A DNA stretch of 64,000 bases from a virus (lineage: Duplodnaviria; Heunggongvirae; Uroviricota; Caudoviricetes). The number at the start of each line of letters is the position of its first letter. Position 1 is the first letter of the stretch. A model generated the notes under the pieces. That model was not told the origin of the DNA, searched no databases, and was given only the letters and a program-made list of their open reading frames with translations. The position numbers and the translations under genes were made by a program. Below, in pieces: positions 58,578-64,000 of this stretch. The stretch covers positions 67,521-131,520 of the IMG/VR virus record IMGVR_UViG_3300035517_000267; one strand, 5' to 3'.

Positions 58578-59391
58578 ATTGCTGTACCATATGATAGTAG
58601 TTTCCGCAAGTATGGCAACTGAATCCTGGAATTTTACAACGCTGCTTGCAGTTTAATCTTCCTTCGGCAAAATCTTTGTCGAACATCAAATGGTTGATAG
58701 GAGGTAAACCTTTTATTAAGAGATCAATTGTATTAGAGAAATCATTGTTTTTATATATGCGGAAAAGGGCTTCTTCTCTGTCAAGATTGGACTCTTTAAA
58801 GTCTATAATATCTATGAAATCTTCATATTGAGAAAGATTTACTGGAAGAATATAAAAAGATTCTGGAGACATTTCAGAAATCGCGCTATTAGAAGATATA
58901 GTGGGAGATACTCTAATTTTAGTGTTAGGATTTTTAAAAGAAAGGATTCTTGTTTGAAATCCCAAAGAGCCATCAATATAAATATCCGAAACTCCAATCT
59001 TTTCTAATTCTGTAAAAGTTTCCCAGTCGGCGATAGGATACTTTAAAAAAGCTTTATAACCCATTAAGAGAAGTGTTTTAACAAGAGAAAGATTTCCTTC
59101 AACTGTATAGTCTATAGAAGAAGGAATCAATTTTAATTGAGAAATAAGTTTATCTAGATCGTATTTTGCGGGAATTGTTATGACGAGTCGTTGATTCTCG
59201 CTTAATTTTTTTAATATCAAGCCGAGTTGATTGTAAGGGCATTTAATTTCATCGGCTTCCGCAAAATATTTAGATTTATAATTTGAACTAAATTTCATAG
59301 TTAAAAAAAGGAAGGGATTTTTCCCTTCCTTAGACATTGCGGCGATATGCGCTAAGCTTCTTAGACTTCCCGCCCTCATTGGAAGAAGCAA
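58555..59391 (-). CDS. hypothetical protein
   Basis: 278-aa ORF, no recognisable motif. Confidence 0.4.
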   Translation of the reverse strand: MLLPMRAGSLRSLAHIAAMSKEGKNPFLFLTMKFSSNYKSKYFAEADEIKCPYNQLGLILKKLSENQRLVITIPAKYDLDKLISQLKLIPSSIDYTVEGNLSLVKTLLLMGYKAFLKYPIADWETFTELEKIGVSDIYIDGSLGFQTRILSFKNPNTKIRVSPTISSNSAISEMSPESFYILPVNLSQYEDFIDIIDFKESNLDREEALFRIYKNNDFSNTIDLLIKGLPPINHLMFDKDFAEGRLNCKQRCKIPGFSCHTCGNYYHMVQQYDNTERH

Positions 59392-59770
59392 CAGTCATAG
59401 TTTCCTTAACAACTCTATTAACTTCCGGCGCCGCAAGCTGTGTCAGTCGCGCAACAACCATCGGAGAAGTAATATCCTTGTCATTCAGAACCTCAAGAAT
59501 ATCATTGATAGTCATATAGGTTGTATCAGAAAGGGCATCATAAATCTTCTCGCGAAGAATATCTCCCTCTTCCTTCTTCTTTGCGGAACGCTCCTTAGCT
59601 GCTGCGCTCTTATTCTCCAGAAGCTGTATCTCATGGGCAATAAAATCATGCAGATCGGCGTAAGTAACTTCGCTGGAACCAAGACTAATCATATCCTCCG
59701 CAGTATCAAGGATAGCATCAAGTGTAGAAAGCATTGCCTTCTTAATGGGCTTCTTATTAGTAGTAGTCAT
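59330..59770 (-). CDS. hypothetical protein
   Basis: ORF with the conserved promoter upstream. Confidence 0.4.
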   Translation of the reverse strand: MTTTNKKPIKKAMLSTLDAILDTAEDMISLGSSEVTYADLHDFIAHEIQLLENKSAAAKERSAKKKEEGDILREKIYDALSDTTYMTINDILEVLNDKDITSPMVVARLTQLAAPEVNRVVKETMTVASSNEGGKSKKLSAYRRNV

Positions 59771-59871
59771 GTGAAATCTTCCTTTCTTTATTGTTTCTAT
59801 AGATATTATACTATATTTTTTTGTTTTTGTAAAGAGGCGGAAAGTGGCTTTATATAGAGTTTTTTAGCTTG

Positions 59872-60072
59872 TTATCTCTCTTCCATATAGCGCCATTCCC
59901 GCAAAATTTCCTTGGAGAAAGAGAAGATATATTCGCCTTCCCAAGTTTCAAGTTTTATAGAGGAAGGAGTCTTATCTTCAAGTAAATAATCAACAGCTTT
60001 TTGATAGGAGGGAGCTTCAATTACGCCATAGAGAGTTTCTTCGGGGAACTTCATTTCATAATCAAAATACAT
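59872..60072 (-). CDS. hypothetical protein
   Basis: 66-aa ORF, no recognisable motif. Confidence 0.3.
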   Translation of the reverse strand: MYFDYEMKFPEETLYGVIEAPSYQKAVDYLLEDKTPSSIKLETWEGEYIFSFSKEILREWRYMEER

Positions 60073-60094
60073 TTGATAAGACTCCTTTCAGTTT

Positions 60095-60427
60095 TTAGAT
60101 GAACCAGTCAATAATAGCTTTGGGATTATTGTAGTATTTTTCGCAAAGCTCAAATTCTTTGATTATAGTATCTTTAAATTTGGTAAGGGTTTCAGAACTC
60201 CAAGAGGGATTATTGCGGAAAGCCACTAGAGTCGCAATGTTTGCCGCCAGAGAATAAGAAAGTGCGCTATCATCGCCATGCTCATAAGAATCAAAGGCAT
60301 CATAAATTTCTTCATCAATTGAGTCCATAAAATTATTGGAATTGAGGGCTTCTTCAAAGAGTTTAGAAAGCTCTTCTATGGTATAACCTTCGTTTATATA
60401 TTCTTTTATAAGGGTTTTAATATCCAT
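60095..60427 (-). CDS. hypothetical protein
   Basis: ORF with the conserved promoter upstream at 60452-60492. Confidence 0.4.
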   Translation of the reverse strand: MDIKTLIKEYINEGYTIEELSKLFEEALNSNNFMDSIDEEIYDAFDSYEHGDDSALSYSLAANIATLVAFRNNPSWSSETLTKFKDTIIKEFELCEKYYNNPKAIIDWFI

Positions 60428-60451
60428 ATCTCCTTTTCTCCTTTCCTTAAC

Positions 60452-60492
60452 TTTATTATATTATATCATAATTTTTTATAAAAATCAAAAGA
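60452..60492 (-). promoter_or_regulatory. conserved promoter copy
   Basis: Plus strand ctttattatattatatcataattttttataaaaatcaaaag. Confidence 0.55.
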
Positions 60493-60878
60493 GAAAAGTT
60501 TGGTGAAATCACTTAAAATATATATAAAATATATAAATGTGACTATGGAGCAGCTTCAATAAATAATCTCTAAATAGCTTTTTGATTTCTAAGTTGTGTA
60601 TCGTAATCGCCACCATGGTAGAGTTTTGTTTTCCTTTGGAGCGAAGCGTAAAAGGCTAAAACGAAACTCTTGTTGCCGATAGGCAACAAATACATAACAA
60701 ATTCAAATAATTTATTTTGTTCTATTTTCAGGTATTTATGAAGTAATTTTCTTAATTCAATAGAAATACCTTAAATTTTTAAGCTATATATAATATAGTG
60801 CAAAAAAATATGGTATTTTTCTACACATCATGATTGCTAACTTCGTTTAGCACAATAAAATAAAAAGGAGTAATAAAA

Positions 60879-61589
60879 ATGAGTGAATTAAAATTAGGAA
60901 AGATGACATGGAGAGAAATTTCTGTTTGGTTTGGATTACAATAGGATACCTTGAACAAAAATCCTAAATCAAAAGAAAAAAAATTAAATATCTTAAAAAA
61001 ATATGCAGATTATCATATAGAGGGAAAAACAGTATATATAGATAAAATATATATACCTGAGTACTCTAAAGCATATGACATTATAGATAGAGAATTTAGC
61101 CAAGAATGGAATCAAGAGACAAAAATAGATACCTGTTCTAGAGTTGGAAAAGCTATTTATGAGAAACATGCAGAACTCCAAGCTCAAGTTTCTGAATCTA
61201 CAGCTAAAGTATATACCAATAAAGTTAAAGTTGAACGCTATGGAAAAAATCACTTGCAAAATAGTCGTGGAACTTGCGGCTATAGCAAATATATTTGGAT
61301 GGAGAAGAATGGAAAAGAACCTTTATCAGATGAAAAGTTGAAGAAGTTAAGAGAATGTGCGGCTGCCGCATATAAAGATTCTTCTGAGCAGATAGCCGCA
61401 ATAGATGATGATTTCCGCAAAGGTAATTTAACCCAGGAAGAAAGAATAGAAGCTATTGGAAATATAGATACTAATGAAGCTTATAATAGATTTATAACTT
61501 TAGTAATTGAAGCTATTGGGTTTATGCCCATTAAGAAAACTTTATTGATAGACGAAGAAGGAACTGCTTGGGCAGTAGATATAATATAA
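60879..61589 (+). CDS. plus-strand hypothetical protein with an in-frame TAG at codon 22
   Basis: ATG at 60879 lies 8 nt after AAAAGGAG. Sequence MSELKLGKMTWREISVWFGLQ[TAG]DTLNKNP... continues in frame; the ORF track starts at a TTG just after the TAG. Confidence 0.5.
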
Positions 61590-61794
61590 TTTCCGCTAAT
61601 TTTTTACTTATTTAGAAAAATAAAACGAAAAAATAATTCTTTTTTCTAATTTCATTTCAAATTTATCTAGTTTATAAGAATATTATACCGAAAAAATTTT
61701 AAAAAGTCAAATTTTACTTTAGAATTATTATTTGTTATAATTATAATGGAGAAGAGAAATAGAAGATTGTTGGAACTTGTCCTTTCTTTTGTTA

Positions 61795-61925
61795 GACGGG
61801 AAAGACTGCTATGCAGTCTTTCCCTTAGAGACGAGTCGCAAAGGCGACTCGTCTCGTCGGAAGAAACCAGCGACGAAGTCGACTGGTTTCTTCCTCTATT
61901 ATTTTGATAGGACTAAAGGAGCTTG
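61795..61925. terminator. four consecutive perfect GC-rich hairpins (12-bp stems) between convergent genes
   Basis: gggaaagactgc/gcagtctttccc; gagacgagtcgc/gcgactcgtctc; ggaagaaaccag/ctggtttcttcc; aggactaaaggag/ctcctttagtct. Confidence 0.5.
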
Positions 61926-61954
61926 TCTCCTTTAGTCTTTATTTAGTATATATT

Positions 61955-62030
61955 ATTTAGATATACTAGCACTTTTTACCTAAACGATACTAGCACTTTT
62001 TACCTAAACGATACTAGCACTTTTTACCCT
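61955..62030. repeat. three tandem direct repeats of tactagcactttttacctaaacga (iteron-like); a fourth related copy lies at 62745-62780
   Basis: Exact 24-bp unit repeated 2.7 times downstream of the winged-helix gene; a variant tactagcattttttacctaag sits upstream of the same gene. Confidence 0.7.
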
Positions 62031-62039
62031 TTTAATAAT

Positions 62040-62651
62040 TTATACAGGACACTCTATAGAAAACTTGGTTAGCCTTTTGTAAGGGATTGGATGCCCCTTC
62101 TCGTTGATATACCAAACATCTTCCCAATCAACAAGATTTAAATTTTTTAAACAAATGAGAGCATTACTAATTTTAATATAATCTCTATTATGATTATCAT
62201 TTATTTTAATACCTAAATGTTCTCCAAGTTCTTTTAAAGAAAAGAGGTACTAATCTCCTTTATACTTCCATTTTTGACCCAGATATATATATGTTTTAAC
62301 AACTTGCTCTTGCAAAGAGTCATTAATAAACATTAAAGTATCAAGTGGTATCATAAAGAAAATCTCTTCTTGATTAGGTAAAATAAATTTATCTTTTTCT
62401 TCTACTACTAAGCCGGCTTGTATAAGATAAGATAAGTGCGCGCGGTAGGTCTTAGGACTTTTTACCCCAATCGCATCGCATATCTCTCTCTGGACTGGGA
62501 GATCTTCTTTTTTAATTATTGTGCGCTTTTCTTCGTCGGGATAAGAAAATTGTTGTAAGTAAGAATATAATTCCCCATCAATCTTTTTGTCGTTTAAGAA
62601 TGTGTCTACATTAAGTGTAGTGTTTGCGGGAAAGCGTTTTTCTATAGGCAA
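62040..62651 (-). CDS. winged-helix-like protein (candidate replication initiator or regulator) with one in-frame TAG and a 69-codon extension
   Basis: The ORF ends at TAG 62250, and the frame continues (YLFSLKELGEHLGIKINDNHNRDYIKISNALICLKNL...) to a TAA at about 62040. Flanked by iteron-like repeats. Confidence 0.45.
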
Positions 62652-63404
62652 TATTATCTGCCTCCTTTCATGTATATTTGAAAAATTTTATAGTAAAATT
62701 ATAAGCCTTTGCCCAAAGTGTCCAAAATGGCAATAAATTACTACAATACTAGCATTTTTTACCTAAGATTTTTACCTAGGGTAAGAGCGGAAAAGCTGTT
62801 ATGTCGCGCTATCTACTTAATACTAGAATTATAAATACCATGCCTTATGACACTACATACCGTGACCGCCGCCGTTTCTCCTTTTTACATTTGTTGTAAT
62901 TTTGATTTCTTTCAAAGTCGGATTTTGCTAAGCAACAATTGACCAGACTCATTGTGTATCTCGAATTTTTCTAGAAAGATGAATACTTGAAAGTTTTGAA
63001 AATATGTGAAGTAAATTTATTGGGAAAAATAGAATGTGATGTGGAAGCGAGTGTTTGATGCTAGAATTATCTAGAGGGAGGCATATGCGGGAGTTCGGAG
63101 TTAGCCGGCCCTTTGCGAAACGGCGTTAGATATTGGGAAAATTAGAAGTGAAGTGCGATGGTAAAAATTGGATGGAATATTTTGTGAGATGGTAGAGTGT
63201 GATTGTGATTCGGATCGCTAGCGAACCGCCCTAAATCTTCTTATTTCCATTTGTTGTAAAAAAAAAGAGACTTTGTTAAGCCTCTTTAAATTCTACTACC
63301 TCTATTGTAAATCCATTTTCTTCTGCTTTCTTGACAAGATAGGGGTTCGTCCCAAAGTAATTCCTTATCCACAATATAAGTTTCCATAATTTTTATTTCC
63401 TTTC

Positions 63405-63605
63405 TTAATAAATATTTTCATAAAAAGCGGTTTCCCCATTGCTATAGATTTCTGTTATCCCATAATAATATTCTTCACTGCTTGATAAGGTGGGCAATTG
63501 ACGGCGTTCTCTATCTTTAGCTACCATGTCAATAAATTCAGCTCTTGCTTCTGGGTTGGTGAAAACATAAAATTCACCATCAAATGTAACATAGTATACT
63601 TGCAT
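63405..63605 (-). CDS. hypothetical protein
   Basis: 66-aa ORF, no recognisable motif. Confidence 0.3.
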   Translation of the reverse strand: MQVYYVTFDGEFYVFTNPEARAEFIDMVAKDRERRQLPTLSSSEEYYYGITEIYSNGETAFYENIY

Positions 63606-64000
63606 CTTGTCATCTCCTTTTGTTACATTTAGTATATCATTAATGAATATATTTGTCTATTAGCAAAATAAACAAATTTCAGGAAATAGAATTGTGCGGA
63701 ATTGCCAATAGAATTGTTAGAAAAAATTGGAAGAGCTTGCTTTGTAGAATATTTCGGGCCGCTTGCGGTCCGCCCAAAATCCAGCCTTTACCATTTTTGG
63801 GCAAAAGGAAAGAGCTGGAAATTAATCCAGCTCCTCCCATATAACATTGTCTATCTGGTAAAGATTGCTAGGCAGTGGCTCGTCAGTATCTATCTTTTCC
63901 CAAAAAATGTATTTTGCTTCCTCTGGGCTGTCGGCTTCTATGTCGGCAGCCCCACTGAAATAAATTGTGTAAAGAATTTTAATCACTCTCCAATTCGTAG

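Noticed and set aside
1-64000. CRISPR arrays, rRNA genes, integrase or transposase genes.
   Set aside because: I found no regularly spaced identical repeats with unique spacers, no rRNA-like conserved stretches, and no recombinase motifs. The mobile elements present are intron-borne homing endonucleases.

Overview
AT-rich (~33% GC) 64-kb window from a large virulent phage. Almost every gene is on the minus strand. Strong AAGGAGG-type ribosome-binding sites and SLH/SPOR cell-wall-binding domains point to a Gram-positive (Firmicutes-like) host. Bases 1-41,000 hold a replication and nucleotide-metabolism module: a split DnaE-type DNA polymerase III alpha, a Dda/RecD-like helicase, a RecJ-like DHH exonuclease, DnaG primase, a split DnaB helicase, a Sak4-like ATPase plus an SSB-like protein, NAD-dependent DNA ligase, type IIA topoisomerase A and B subunits, RNase H, a PIN-PhoH protein, a polynucleotide kinase / phosphoesterase / RNA ligase set, and an endolysin with a holin. 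At least two, probably three, group I introns with homing endonucleases (two GIY-YIG, one LAGLIDADG) interrupt replication genes. A conserved extended -10 promoter motif plus terminator hairpin recurs about 15 times. Bases 41,700-46,700 carry tail-fibre-like paralogs. Bases 47,040-48,470 hold a tRNA cluster: Glu, Leu and Gln, plus Ser at 38.3 kb. Bases 48,900-56,400 are a late structural block. Main finding: TAG (amber) is read as a sense codon in this genome. Many genes are single reading frames interrupted only by in-frame TAG, while true stops are TAA or TGA. Cases include the late genes, the PIN-PhoH fusion, a homing endonuclease, the holin, a fibre protein and a plus-strand gene. A repeat alignment places TAG where Gln sits in the other copy. 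The core replication genes contain no TAG. I did not find a CUA-anticodon tRNA in the window. A well-formed tRNA-Glu carries an odd 106-nt tRNA-like insert in its anticodon loop. Coordinates for readthrough extensions, promoters, tRNAs and introns were counted by hand and may be off by 1-3 nt.
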